Assembly (NCBI GenBank): GCA_964016885.1
Contig: OZ024749.1
Span: 12,214,001-12,278,000, forward strand
Source: Eledone cirrhosa
Lineage: Eukaryota
DNA: 64,000 nucleotides
Direction of reading: 5' to 3'
Under the pieces are notes generated by a model, which saw only the letters and a program-made list of their open reading frames with translations, was not told the DNA's origin and searched no databases. The position numbers and the translations under genes were made by a program. Positions 12,599-32,449 of the stretch are shown here, piece by piece; within the stretch, counting starts at the first letter, position 1, and every line of letters starts with the position of its first letter.

Positions 12599-13170
12599 AT
12601 AAATAAGTAAATTAAATAAAATAAAATAAGATAAATAAATACATACACAAGCACATAAACACACACTAGTCACCCAGCAGACACAACACTATACACACTA
12701 GTCACACATCACACATAACACTATACACACACGCAAACGCATGCGCAAAGAAGACAAAATAAAATAAGATAAACAAACAAGCAAATAAATAAATAAATAT
12801 ATAGACAGACTGAACAAAAAAATGGCGTAGACATACAACACAACAGGAGGAACAATGAATATAACACCACTGACGATGTTGCAGATGTGCAACGAAAGAT
12901 TTATGTAAATTATGTAAACTATATATATATGTGTTTGTCTATATTGTATCTGTATTATTTTTGACCGCCGGTCAGTCAATGGCAACATTGAGGACCGAGT
13001 AAGTTAGATCGCAGATATATATATATAAAAGACAGCGAGAAGCGAAAACCAACCAAACAGTGAGTGTGTTCTGTTATTAATTCTGGCAATATTACGCAAA
13101 TATGACCCTCCCCAAATATAACATTATCTGTTTCGACACACGATTTCATATAAAATACCTCGCAAAACTA
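11030..13170 (+). mobile_element. Penelope-like element (RT + GIY-YIG), 5'-truncated, with 3' UTR/pLTR
   Basis: ORF to 12598, then an AT/AC-rich tail and a new ATG-started stub ([24 protein letters not shown], 13102) that may be the ORF start carried in the pLTR. Confidence 0.85.
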
Positions 13171-13242
13171 TATATACATACATATATATATATACATACA
13201 TATACATACATACATACATATATATACATACATACATATACA

Positions 13243-13274
<32 letters not shown>

Positions 13275-13320
13275 CATACATACATACATACATACATATA
13301 CATACATACATACATACATA
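13171..13320. repeat. (TACA)n microsatellite
   Basis: Directly visible. Confidence 0.95.
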
Positions 13321-19191
<5,871 letters not shown>

Positions 19192-20442
19192 CAGAAGGAT
19201 TTAAATGGATACAGTTCAGTTAAAAGGAATTTATTGACATGTGTTTCAATAACAGTTACATAACCTGAAAACAGCTGCTATCTACAAAGTATTAGTTATG
19301 CAGACATTCAATATTTCAATGTTATTATCTACTGTCATTTCATCAGAATAATTTTATTGAGAACCTGCTTGGTTTTTATAGAGAATATTAGGAAGGAGGG
19401 GTGAAGTTGTTAGAAGAATAGTTAAGGGAGTGGTTTTTTGATAGCAGTGAGTAATTAGATTCCCATCTGTTGTTTGGACATTTTTATAGAATATATTATT
19501 TGTCGTTGGTTTTTTTTCTAAATCTGTAGAAGGATTAGAGATAGTATAGATATGCATGGTTGGTTTTGAGTTTGCACTGAATTAACATTCAGACTTAAAT
19601 TTTTCTTTCAAGTGTACGTATCCTTTCGCCCACGCATTTACACACAAACATATATGGACACCTCTACAAAATAATATACTCACATACATATACTTACATA
19701 TATATATATACATATATATACATATATATTTGTACATACATACTCATGTGTATACATTGTCATACTCAACTTATCTTTATATACACACGTATAGACACAC
19801 ACATACATACTCCTGTCTATGTGTAAATATATATATATATATTTATATAAACACTTTAATACATGAATACACATACATCTAACTATACACATCAAACATA
19901 TATATATATTTTTACTTATTTATATACATTTTCACATATATATACATACATATGGTCGCTTTTAGACACATTCATTATAGCATATTCGTACCTATTCTCA
20001 TCAGCATATCTATCCATTATTACTGTGGTAATTTAAGGTTATTAATATACATATATATGTTGAGAAGAGATTGTTTTTATATTTTTCTAACTAGATTGAG
20101 GTTTATATAGTTGGGGGATGTCCTTCTTTTATGTAATATTCAGCTTGTAATGGGAAAAAAAGGGTTTTAGTTCGGTGACGGCAGAATAATGTTCGTTCAA
20201 TTCTGTTATTAAGCAATTTCTTCTTGTGTGTGATTATGTAATAAATCTCAAGATTACACAATTTGCAGAAATTTTGGCTCCTGGAAAAGCTTTGGGTTTT
20301 AGCTAATTTCTCCCATTTTAGGGTAAACTTTAGATCACTATCCCTGAGCATCCAAGCTTTTTCTGCTAAAGTTGTTACATTTCTTTGGCTCTGGTGTTTT
20401 ATTGAGTAAGAATGCCTATATAATCGAAACGATGTTGCCGTT
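19192..20442 (-). mobile_element. Penelope-like element 3' fragment (GIY-YIG C-terminus at 20103-20442 plus putative pLTR)
   Basis: STATSFRLY.H...T.LAEKAW.L......LKW...C.LCNLEIYYI.....LLN.R.E....CRH matches the Penelope-type GIY-YIG tail. Downstream extent is inferred. Confidence 0.72.
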
Positions 20443-23400
20443 GATAACATTCCTGTCAATACACAGCCCTGGACTGGTACTTCGTGTACTAACCCTGACA
20501 GGATGATAACATTCCTGTCAATACACAGCCCTGGACTGGTACTTCATGTACTAACCCTGACAGGATGATAACATTCCTGTCAATACACAGCTCTGGACTG
20601 GTACTTCATGTACTAACCCTGACAGGATGTTAACATTCCTGTCAATACACAGCCCTGGACTGGTACTTCGTGTACTAACCCTGACAGGATGATAACATTC
20701 CTGTCAATACACAGCCCTGGACTGGTACTTCATGTACTAACTCTGACAGGATGTTAACATTCCTGTCAATACACAGCCCTGGACTGGTACTTCGTGTACT
20801 AACTCTGACAGGATGTTAACATTCCTGTCAATACACAGCCCTGGACTGGTACTTCATGTACTAACTCTGACAGGATGTTAACATTCCTGTCAATACACAG
20901 CCCTGGACTGGTACTTCATGTACTAACTCTGACAGGATGTTAACATTCCTGTCAATACACAGCCCTGGACTGGTACTTCATGTACTAACTCTGACAGGAT
21001 GTTAACATTCCTGTCAATACACAGCCCTGGACTGGTACTTCATGTACTAACTCTGACAGGATGTTAACATTCCTGTCAATACACAGCCCTGGACTGGTAC
21101 TTCATGTACTAACTCTGACAGGATGTTAACATTCCTGTCAATACACAGCCCTGGACTGGTACTTCGTGTACTAACCCTGACAGGATGTTAACATTCCTGT
21201 CAATACACAGCCCTGGACTGGTACTTCATGTACTAACCCTGACAGGATGTTAACATTCCTGTCAATACACAGCCCTGGACTGGTACTTCGTGTACTAACC
21301 CTGACAGGATGTTAACATTCCTGTCAATATACAGCCCTGGACTGGTACTTCATGTACTAACCCTGACAGGATGATAACATTCCTGTCAATACACAGCCCT
21401 GGACTGGTACTTCATGTACTAACTCTGACAGGATGTTAACATTCCTGTCAATACACAGCCCTGGACTGGTACTTCGTGTACTAACCCTGACAGGATGTTA
21501 ACATTCCTGTCAATACACAGCCCTGGACTGGTACTTCATGTACTAACCCTGACAGGATGTTAACATTCCTGTCAATACACAGCCCTGGACTGGTACTTCA
21601 TGTACTAACCCTGACAGGATGTTAACATTCCTGTCAATACACAGCCCTGGACTGGTACTTCATGTACTAACCCTGACAGGATGATAACATTCCTGTCAAT
21701 ACACAGCCCTGGACTGGTACTTCATGTACTAACCCTGACAGGATGTTAACATTCCTGTCAATACACAGCCCTGGACTGGTACTTCATGTACTAACCCTGA
21801 CAGGATGATAACATTCCTGTCAATACACAGCCCTGGACTGGTACTTCATGTACTAACCCTGACAGGATGTTAACATTCCTGTCAATACACAGCCCTGGAC
21901 TGGTACTTCATGTACTAACCCTGACAGGATGATAACATTCCTGTCAATACACAGCCCTGGACTGGTACTTCGTGTACTAACCCTGACAGGATGTTAACAT
22001 TCCTGTCAATACACAGCCCTGGACTGGTACTTCGTGTACTAACCCTGACAGGATGTTAACATTCCTGTCAATACACAGCCCTGGACTGGTACTTCATGTA
22101 CTAACCCTGACAGGATGTTAACATTCCTGTCAATACACAGCCCTGGACTGGTACTTCATGTAGTAACCCTGACAGGATGTTAACATTCCTGTCAATACAC
22201 AGCCCTGGACTGGTACTTCGTGTACTAACCCTGACAGGATGATAACATTCCTGTCAATACACAGCCCTGGACTGGTACTTCGTGTACTAACCCTGACAGG
22301 ATGTTAACATTCCTGTCAATACACAGCCCTGGACTGGTACTTCATGTACTAACCCTGACAGGATAACATTCCTGTCAATACACAGCCCTGGACTGGTACT
22401 TCGTGTACTAACCCTGACAGGATGATAACATTCCTGTCAATACACAGCCCTGGACTGGTACTTCGTGTACTAACCCTGACAGGATGATAACATTCCTGTC
22501 AATACACAGCCCTGGACTGGTACTTCGTGTACTAACCCTGACAGGATAACATTCCTGTCAATACACAGCCCTGGACTGGTACTTCATGTACTAACCCTGA
22601 CAGGATAACATTCCTGTCAATACACAGCCCTGGACTGGTACTTCATGTACTAACCCTGACAGGATAACATTCCTGTCAATACACAGCCCTGGACTGGTAC
22701 TTCATGTACTAACCCTGACAGGATGATAACATTCCTGTCAATACACAGCTCTGGACTGGTACTTCATGTACTAACTCTGACAGGATGTTAACATTCCTGT
22801 CAATACACAGCCCTGGACTGGTACTTCATGTACTAACCCTGACAGGATGATAACATTCCTGTCAATACACAGCCCTGGACTGGTACTTCATGTACTAACC
22901 CTGACAGGATGATAACATTCCTGTCAATACACAGCCCTGGACTGGTACTTCATGTACTAACCCTGACAGGATGATAACATTCCTGTCAATACACAGCCCT
23001 GGACTGGTACTTCATGTACTAACCCTGACAGGATGATAACATTCCTGTCAATACACAGCCCTGGACTGGTACTTCATGTACTAACCCTGACAGGATGTTA
23101 ACATTCCTGTCAATACACAGCCCTGGACTGGTACTTCATGTACTAACCCTGACAGGATGTTAACATTCCTGTCAATACACAGCCCTGGACTGGTACTTCA
23201 TGTACTAACCCTGACAGGATGATAACATTCCTGTCAATACACAGCCCTGGACTGGTACTTCATGTACTAACCCTGACAGGATGATAACATTCCTGTCAAT
23301 ACACAGCCCTGGACTGGTACTTCATGTACTAACCCTGACAGGATGATAACATTCCTGTCAATACACAGCCCTGGACTGGTACTTCATGTACTAACCCTGA

Positions 23401-24770
23401 CAGGATGATAACATTCCTGTCAATACACAGCCCTGGACTGGTACTTCATGTACTAACCCTGACAGGATGTTAACATTCCTGTCAATACACAGCCCTGGAC
23501 TGGTACTTCATGTACTAACCCTGACAGGATGTTAACATTCCTGTCAATACACAGCCCTGGACTGGTACTTCATGTACTAACCCTGACAGGATGTTAACAT
23601 TCCTGTCAATACACAGCCCTGGACTGGTACTTCATGTAGTAACCCTGACAGGATGTTAACATTCCTGTCAATACACAGCCCTGGACTGGTACTTCATGTA
23701 CTAACCCTGACAGGATGTTAACATTCCTGTCAATACACAGCTCTGGACTGGTACTTCATGTACTAACCCTGACAGGATGATAACATTCCTGTCAATACAC
23801 AGCCCTGGACTGGTACTTCATGTACTAACTCTGACAGGATGTTAACATTCCTGTCAATACACAGCCCTGGACTGGTACTTCATGTACTAACCCTGACAGG
23901 ATGATAACATTCCTGTCAATACACAGCCCTGGACTGGTACTTCATGTACTAACCCTGACAGGATGATAACATTCCTGTCAATACACAGCCCTGGACTGGT
24001 ACTTCATATACTAACCCTGACAGGATGTTAACATTCCTGTCAATACACAGCCCTGGACTGGTACTTCATGTACTAACCCTGACAGGATGTTAACATTCCT
24101 GTCAATACACAGCCCTGGACTGGTACTTCATGTACTAACCCTGACAGGATGATAACATTCCTGTCAATACACAGCCCTGGACTGGTACTTCGTGTACTAA
24201 CCCTGACAGGATGTTAACATTCCTGTCAATACACAGCCCTGGACTGGTACTTCATGTACTAACCCTGACAGGATGTTAACATTCCTGTCAATACACAGCC
24301 CTGGACTGGTACTTCATGTACTAACCCTGACAGGATGTTAACATTCCTGTCAATACACAGCCCTGGACTGGTACTTCATGTACTAACCCTGACAGGATGA
24401 TAACATTCCTGTCAATACACAGCCCTGGACTGGTACTTCATATACTAACCCTGACAGGATGTTAACATTCCTGTCAATACACAGCCCTGGACTGGTACTT
24501 CATGTACTAACCCTGACAGGATGTTAACATTCCTGTCAATACACAGCCCTGGACTGGTACTTCATGTACTAACCCTGACAGGATGATAACATTCCTGTCA
24601 ATACACAGCCCTGGACTGGTACTTCATGTACTAACCCTGACAGGATGTTAACATTCCTGTCAATACACAGCCCTGGACTGGTACTTCATGTACTAACCCT
24701 GACAGGATGTTAACATTCCTGTCAATACACAGCCCTGGACTGGTACTTCATTTATCAACCCTGACAGGAT
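20443..24770. repeat. 62-bp minisatellite, ~70 copies
   Basis: Unit G(A/T)TAACATTCCTGTCAATACACAGCCCTGGACTGGTACTTC(A/G)TGTACTAAC(C/T)CTGACAGGAT; a few 59-bp units. Confidence 0.97.
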
Positions 24771-24799
24771 GAAGACAGAGTTGACCTTAATTCATAAAA

Positions 24800-24936
24800 G
24801 GTGGTGAATTGGCAGAGCTGTTAGAATGTCAGATAGAATATTTTGCAGTATTTGGTCCAGCTCTTTGTGCTCTGAGTTCAAATCCCACCGAGGTCAACTT
24901 TGCCTTTCATCCTTTCGAGGTCAATAAATAAAAGTG
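24800..24936 (+). mobile_element. Abundant octopus-type tRNA-related SINE (partial)
   Basis: TGGCAGAGCTGTTAG...GAGTTCAAATCCCACCGAGGTCAACTTTGCCTTTCATCC; many copies in the window. Confidence 0.8.
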
Positions 24937-25003
24937 AGGGTTTTTCACACTTCTCGCTCTTTCTCTGGGAGAAATCAGCTGTGTTCAGACCTGGAGAACA
25001 GGT

Positions 25004-26490
25004 GGCTCCACCAGGTTTAAATACTCAAGACACTGTATATCACTACAGCACCCCTATGACTACTAGGATGGGCTCCACCAGGTTTAAATACTCAAGACAC
25101 TGTATATCACTACAGCACCCCTATGACTACTGGGATGGGCTCCACCAGGTTTAAATACTCAAGACACTGTATATCACTACAGCACCCCTATGACTACTGG
25201 GATGGGCTCCACCAGGTTTAAATACTCAAGACACACTGTATATCACTACAGCACCCCTATGACTACTGGGATGGGCTCCACCAGGTTTAAATACTCAAGA
25301 CACTGTATATCACTACAGCACCCCTATGACTACTGGGATGGGCTCCACCAGGTTTAAATACTCAAGACACACTGTATATCACTACAGCACCCCTATGACT
25401 ACTGGGATGGGCTCCACCAGGTTTAAATACTCAAGACACTATATATCACTACAGCACCCCTATGACTACTGGGATGGGCTTCACCAGGTTTAAATACTCA
25501 AGACACTGTATATCACTACAGCACCCCTATGACTACTGGGATGGGCTCCACCAGGTTTAAATACTCAAGACACACTGTATATCACTACAGCACCCCTATG
25601 ACTACTGGGATGGGCTCCACCAGGTTTAAATACTCAAGACACTGTATATCACTACAGCACCCCTATGACTACTAGGATGGGCTCCACCAGGTTTAAATAC
25701 TCAAGACACTGTATATCACTACAGCACCCCTATGACTACTGGGATGGGCTCCACCAGGTTTAAATACTCAAGACACTGTATATCACTACAGCACCCCTAT
25801 GACTACTGGGATGGGCTCCACCAGGTTTAAATACTCAAGACACTATATATCACTACAGCACCCCTATGACTACTGGGATGGGCTCCACCAGGTTTAAATA
25901 CTCAAGACACACTGTATATCACTACAGCACCCCTATGACTACTAGGATGGGCTCCACCAGGTTTAAATACTCAAGACACTGTATATCACTACAGCACCCC
26001 TATGACTACTGGGATGGGCTCCACCAGGTTTAAATACTCAAGACACACTGTATATCACTACAGCACCCCTATGACTACTGGGATGGGCTCCACCAGGTTT
26101 AAATACTCAAGACACACTGTATATCACTACAGCACCCCTATGACTACTGGGATGGGCTCCACCAGGTTTAAATACTCAAGACACACTGTATATCACTACA
26201 GCACCCCTATGACTACTGGGATGGGCTCCACCAGGTTTAAATACTCAAGACACACTGTATATCACTACAGCACCCCTATGACTACTGGGATGGGCTCCAC
26301 CAGGTTTAAATACTCAAGACACTGTATATCACTACAGCACCCCTATGACTACTAGGATGGGCTCCACCATGTTTAAATACTCAAGACACTGTATATCACT
26401 ACAGCACCCCTATGACTCTACCAGGGTGGGCTCAATCAGGTTCAAATAGACCAGAGACGCCATGTGCAGCACCCCTATGACTACTGGGGG
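25004..26490. repeat. 67/69-bp minisatellite, ~21 copies plus a degenerate last unit
   Basis: Unit GGGCTCCACCAGGTTTAAATACTCAAGAC(AC)ACTGTATATCACTACAGCACCCCTATGACTACTGGGAT. Confidence 0.97.
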
Positions 26491-27834
26491 TTGTGGGCCA
26501 AACAAACAATTCACAGCCTTAATCAATAACATGGTTAATCAATAACTGAATAGATTTTAGTATTTAGTTCCATTTCTTCCAACAGGATTGACTTCTTGCC
26601 TTTGTTCTTTTCAAAGTTGATAAACTAGATAGCAGGTGTATACTGGTGTTAGATGAATTAATTATTCTCCCCCTTACAAAGCTGTGTGTTCCTGTTCCAA
26701 CCTCAAATCAATAAGTAGTCACAATATACCTCATGCATTAAAAATTAGCAAGAAAAGGGGAGGAGGAGGTGCAACATAACTCAAACTGACTTACTCAGCT
26801 GATGAAAGTAATATAATTTATTTTTAATTTATCTCAAGGTTTTTCCCTTCAGTTCATCTAACTTGTTTGGTTGTGTGGACAATTGCTAACAAAGAAGCTA
26901 ACAAGCTGAAGTGAAAAGGAAACCTTGAAATAAATGTTAGCAGTAAAACCTTGTGACAGTAGTCTACAGTGGAACAACTAAACAATGGAGAGATACAAAA
27001 GGTGCTATCAGTGGTAGGAGTCTACCTTTCATCAACTCACAGTAACCGATATTTACTCACAAAAACATTAAAGCTTCATGAAAAGAGAGATTGGACAACT
27101 TGGCCTTATTTTATTTTGTGCTGTTTCATTTTGTTCTTTTGTTTCATTACTTGGCAAGTACATAAAAGATTAGTGGAGAAACACATATACACACTACCAG
27201 CACCACACATACATACATTAGCAACACCACGCACATTATCAGCACTACCATGAACACAGGATTAGCAAAATGTAGAACTATTGTTTTAAAATGTGCGTTT
27301 CTGAAAGAAAACTCAGGCCTTCCGGTGGTGGTGTCAACAGTAGTGGTAGTGATGGTGGTGTCAGTGGTGTGGTGGTGGTGGTGATGACAGCAGTAGTGGG
27401 TAGGGGCTGGCTAATTTCTACATTATACAACTGTTCTTGCACATAAGAGTTTTTTTTAAATCTTAAACATGATGTCCCAAAGAGCTGCACCAGAAGACAA
27501 ACAATTGCAACGCCTTGGCTACAATACATAGAAACACTTTCGTAAACAGTTTTAATGAAATACACTTGACAATTAGTAAATCCCTCAAAATTCTTAATAA
27601 AATTATGAATTACTTCATTACTTAAGGTAGTAACTTCACATGATTCTTATATAAAATTAAGTGATTAAAATGTCTAAAGAAAGGATGGCTGGAAAGATTT
27701 TATGAGAAAAGTCAAACAGCAGGAGATCCAGACCACAAGCAGGATGGCTAGAGAACAGCCCTGAGTTTTGTTGGTCTTGCTTGGTGTTCCAGCTGGACCA
27801 ATTGGAGACAATTGCTTCAAATAGGACCCACTGG

Positions 27835-27992
27835 AAGGTGGCTCTCAGTATTCTGCCCCCACAGCCTATTCATTGACTTCGAAAGGATGAACGGTAAAGT
27901 TGACCTCAGTGGGTTTACAACTCAGTACAAAGAGCCAGAACAAATAACAGAATACATTCTATCTGACGTTCTAATGACTGCCAATACACCAC
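27835..27992 (-). mobile_element. Octopus-type SINE, degenerate
   Basis: GAAAGGATGAACGGTAAAGTTGACCTCAGTGG is the reverse complement of the family core. Confidence 0.65.
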
Positions 27993-28014
27993 CTTCAATA
28001 TATATACATATATA

Positions 28015-28992
28015 TTAGCTGAATGCCCTGGCGTTGCCCGGGTTACTCTAATGATAACAGAATTTAGAAATGAAAATCTGTCAATCTTGAAGCACCTCAG
28101 AGTAAACAATATTCCTTGTGTCCAAATGAATAAATTGTTGCTGCTTCCAACTGGTGAGTAATCAACATAGAGTTGACCGTGGGAGAAACATGTAGAAGAG
28201 AGATCAAGTCCAACTACCTTGAGGGATTGACCCCGAGATTTGTTCATTGAAATAACAAAACTTAATTTGAATGAAAACTGAAGCCTCTTAAATTCAAATG
28301 GAACAGCTATAGGTATGAGAGGAATTTTTAGAATAAAGATTTTTTTTTCAATATTGTAAACAAATAAGTATCAACATCCAAAAGAAATATATAGTAAGTA
28401 TTATTTTTGTATGCAGTGTAAATTAACCAAATATAAGCAAATGTATTAACTGCTAATTTAATGGTATGAGAATATACATATAAATGAACAGACACACATA
28501 CACTCACACAAACCACACACAGACATACATTCATACAAACAGTTTCACCCCCAGCATTTATGTCAGTCGTCACAGAAATGTATGTATACGCACACACACA
28601 TATACTTGTCAGTCATCACATGTGTGTGTGATTAATTCTTTGTGTATCTGATTAAATATTTACGTTAAGATGTATGTGTATGTAACTTACTAAGGCCTAA
28701 CATACGTAACGAACGTGTAAACACACACACTCACAAACACATACACAATCATATACAAAATGTGACGTCGTCGTCATGTTATAAAATGTCCGTTTAATAT
28801 AGTTGACTATAGAAACATTATTTTCGATAAAATGTTATATTGTTTTAATCCAAATGAAAATAAAAATTACATGTTGACACTCGAGGAGTCTAATACTTAT
28901 TACCTTGTAAAATTTGATTTGATTTGGTCGAGCCGTTTGAGAATGCATAGGAACAGACAGGCAAAGAGACAAAGAATTTTATATATTAGAGA
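28015..28992 (-). mobile_element. Non-autonomous Helitron retaining the PIF1-helicase C-terminus
   Basis: 5' TC start, 3' hairpin CCGGGCAACGCCAGG plus CTAA. Internal minus frame gives PFEFKRLQF..KL.F..MNKSRGQSLKVVGLDL...CFSHGQLYV...NIVYSEVLQD*. Confidence 0.85.
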
Positions 28993-29147
28993 TAATTCTA
29001 CGATGCCATTAGGCAAATATGAGTTTCGTTGGCCTTATACCAATTCTTGCTTAATGACATAGTTATAGAACTGATTGTACATAACTCGTCCCACAGATAG
29101 TGTTCTAACCCCTTGGATATTTTTATCAAGTTTCTACTGCAATATAT

Positions 29148-29240
29148 CATCATCATCATTTAAAGTCCATTTTCCACGCTAGCATGGGTAGAACAGGCTG
29201 ATCCTTTGGGAGAGAATCAGGTCAGAGGACCGCGTTTCGA
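29148..29240 (-). mobile_element. RTE-type 3' tail fragment with (GAT)n
   Basis: CCCATGCTAGCGTGGAAAATGGAC...GATGAT, as at 55305-55356. Confidence 0.6.
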
Positions 29241-29532
29241 TATACACACACACACCCATATATGATGCATCCTAAATTGCATATTACATATTCAATCTAC
29301 TAATAAAATATTCATTTTGATCCAATTTTTGGAAATATTATGCTACCTTCATTAACCTAGCAATCCTGCAACCATGACTGCTTTAATGGATAAAGATGGG
29401 ATTTAGCAAGTAAAATACAGCGCTGAATATCCCACCCACCTCTCCACATCACATGGTTTAAACATCATTTCATTAAACATTTCATTCAAATATTTTCATG
29501 AACGCAACAAAGAAAAAATGCGATGTCTAAGA

Positions 29533-29868
29533 CAGAGGATCTCAAACTTTTTGTGCCACCCCCCCCCCCTCATGGCCACGTAATACCCTCAGCGCCCCCA
29601 CCCCTATTTCCAGACTGATCTGTCTACACGAAAATTGTAAATATATAATAAATAAAGTAGTTAATTTATATATAATAAATTATATAGTATATACTATGTA
29701 TAAATAAATATATATTTTTTATTTTACTATATTTATATATATGTATCATTTGATACTATTATATCAACACTACCGCTCCCACCCCCACCACCCAGCGCCC
29801 CCTTGGACATCCTCAACGCCCCCCACCCCCACCCCCGGGGGTGGTAGCGCCCACTTTGAGAACCTCTG
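29533..29868. mobile_element. hAT (Buster/Charlie-type) MITE
   Basis: TIRs CAGAGGATCTCAAA / TTTGAGAACCTCTG; perfect 8-bp TSD GTCTAAGA. Confidence 0.92.
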
Positions 29869-30314
29869 GTCTAAGAGGTGTTGTCGTTTAACCCTTGGTC
29901 ACTTGTGATCGAGCAAACGCATGATGATCAAAAGCGTTTTGTATTTTTTCCGGTACGGATGAGTCGGTGTGTAAGAAGCACATTATCGAAAGTGTCCTTC
30001 ACTTTCAAGAAGGTGGAGTGACATTTGAAAAAGATTTGACTGCTATTTCTAGCAGATCCACCGTCGTGAGAGCAATGCTAATTACAAATAAAATTCATCG
30101 GTGAATTATTATTTCAAAATCTTAGCTAATTAGTTTACAATAAATAAAACCTTGCAGTAAAACCATTTTCTCTCATTATGCATCGCTCATATTATAATGT
30201 CTTATATTGGATCACACGGATATAGCTGGGAATAGAGACTCAGCTAAACATCTGGGTCATTTAGAATTTCTTAAATAGGTGATGGCCCACGTCTGTGTCA
30301 TACGATTATCTAAC

Positions 30315-30351
<37 letters not shown>

Positions 30352-31206
30352 TGAGAGAGAGAATGAGGCTGTGAAAAGAAATGAGTTTTGTCCAGCTTCG
30401 GGAATAACATTAACTTATATTTGTCTCCAAGTGAAAGGAGACTGGAAAAGAATTCCTAGATGACAGAAGGAATATCTAACATTAAATTCAGACAAAATAA
30501 ATAACACAGTCACCCTTCGATCACAACCTAATTAGATAATGGTTCAATGAAGCCATTAATTAGTAAACCGAAATAGAATGGAATAGATATAGAGATATGA
30601 AAAATATAGGTAATTAGCAACATAACTATGATTTTTTAATAACTGTAAATCCTCACTGTTTAGGGGTTAGTCGGCCTGGTGGTCCCAGCCAGGGCTTATG
30701 AGAGGGAGGTTCAGCCGGTACTTTATTCCGGGGCCCAAGAGCTACGAAGACTCCACAGCAAACATGCAACATCCATTTTGAGAAAAATCTTTTCCTGCGA
30801 TCATTCAATAATTAAACACATTTGAAATGTTCGCCAATTACTAATTTCTTCAAAATTTATTTTTATAGTTATTAACGAAAAGATGATGGGATCTTTATAT
30901 TAAATTGACTACCTAGCTTCCGTAAAACATGTGAAGATAGCCTTATAATATATTAACTAGCTTCCGTAAAACATGTGCAGGGAGCCTTATATTAACTAGC
31001 TTCTGTAAAAGATTTAAACTGTAAAACATCTGCTCCAAACTGACAAATACTTCTAATATGTGAATGATACAGACTATGGAAAATTAAGAGTGTATGTATG
31101 TGTGTGTGTATATATGTAAACTATGATGGTATTCAGTGTTTGTTTGTACGTACGTGTGTGTGTGTGTGTGTGCTATGATGGTTTTCAGTGCAAGTGTGTA
31201 TATATG

Positions 31207-31247
<41 letters not shown>

Positions 31248-32449
31248 AAACTATGATGGTATTCAGTGCTTGTACATATGCATGTATATACATATATACA
31301 TGTATGCTATGATGGTTTTCAGTGTGTATACACACGCATACACACACACATATATACATATAACATTAAATTAAAAGTCGATTGACATACATATATAAAA
31401 TAAACACATCAAACAATTACAGGGATAATGAGTGTGTGTGGGGGGTGGGGGTGTAGGTGTAGGTGTGGGTGTGATGGTAGTGACACGACTGCTCGCTAAG
31501 TGTATAATTTAGATGTGAAACCAAGTTTCTGTAAAAAGAAAATAATTGGAAGTAAATTAAGCAATTTAGGAGAAATGACGAAACATTCACCAGAATTAAG
31601 TAGATATTCAGTTCTAGCTTGTAGTAGTTATACTAGGGTACTTCAGGTAGTAGTAGTAATGTTTGGGTACTTCAGTTCTAACTAGTAGTAGTAGTACATT
31701 AAACTAGTGTACTTGCTGCTAGTAGTAGTTGTGCTAGTGTACTTGTTGCTGCTAGTGAAAGCGGTAAACGAGAGAAAACCAGAAAAATAATTGTCTGCAT
31801 ATGAGGATGTCGCTTGTGAATTGGTTAACCTATTTTTCTTTGAGAAATATATTCGTGATGTTATTTTTTTAAATGGGTGAAGTATTCTTTCACATTTCGT
31901 TAGTTGCTAAAGTTGATGTGCAATAAATTGGTTATACAATACACAAAATATTTTTTTTTATATACAATTCCTAATATTTAATTAAAATACAACAGGATTC
32001 TTTAAACATCGAATGGTTGAGTAAAATAGGAATCAAAAGGGTCCATAGACAAAAAATAAAAGCAATAATATACAGATATTTTCGCCGGAGAAATGCTTAA
32101 AACGAAAGGAGGGTCTTGGCAATGATATATAGCACACAGTAATCACTTCCCCAGTAAAATGTTCACTACACATACATGAGCACTAGTTGAATGAATGCAT
32201 CACCTCATCAAACATTAATGCTTCAATTTAATGCTTCAATTTAAACACGTGTTCTACAAAAGTGTTATGGTATTTTATAGGGAAATACAATTACATTTTG
32301 GAAATTGCTAGCAAAAATGTTGCAGCTTAAAGTAACAGTACTCCGAAGCTGTTGGTTCGGATTTCATTCAATTTCTCCCCTTTCATGTTAAGTTAATTAG
32401 CTTAGCTTTCGTCATTACGATCACTACTAATGATACACACCCAGTCTAT

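Noticed and set aside
19965-20015. Minus-strand CTGATGA...CGAAT hammerhead-like motif in the second Penelope remnant
   Set aside because: GAAA box altered, and stems I and II do not pair convincingly.
20443-26490. CRISPR-like appearance of the palindromic tandem arrays
   Set aside because: Whole units repeat with no unique spacers, no cas genes, eukaryotic context.
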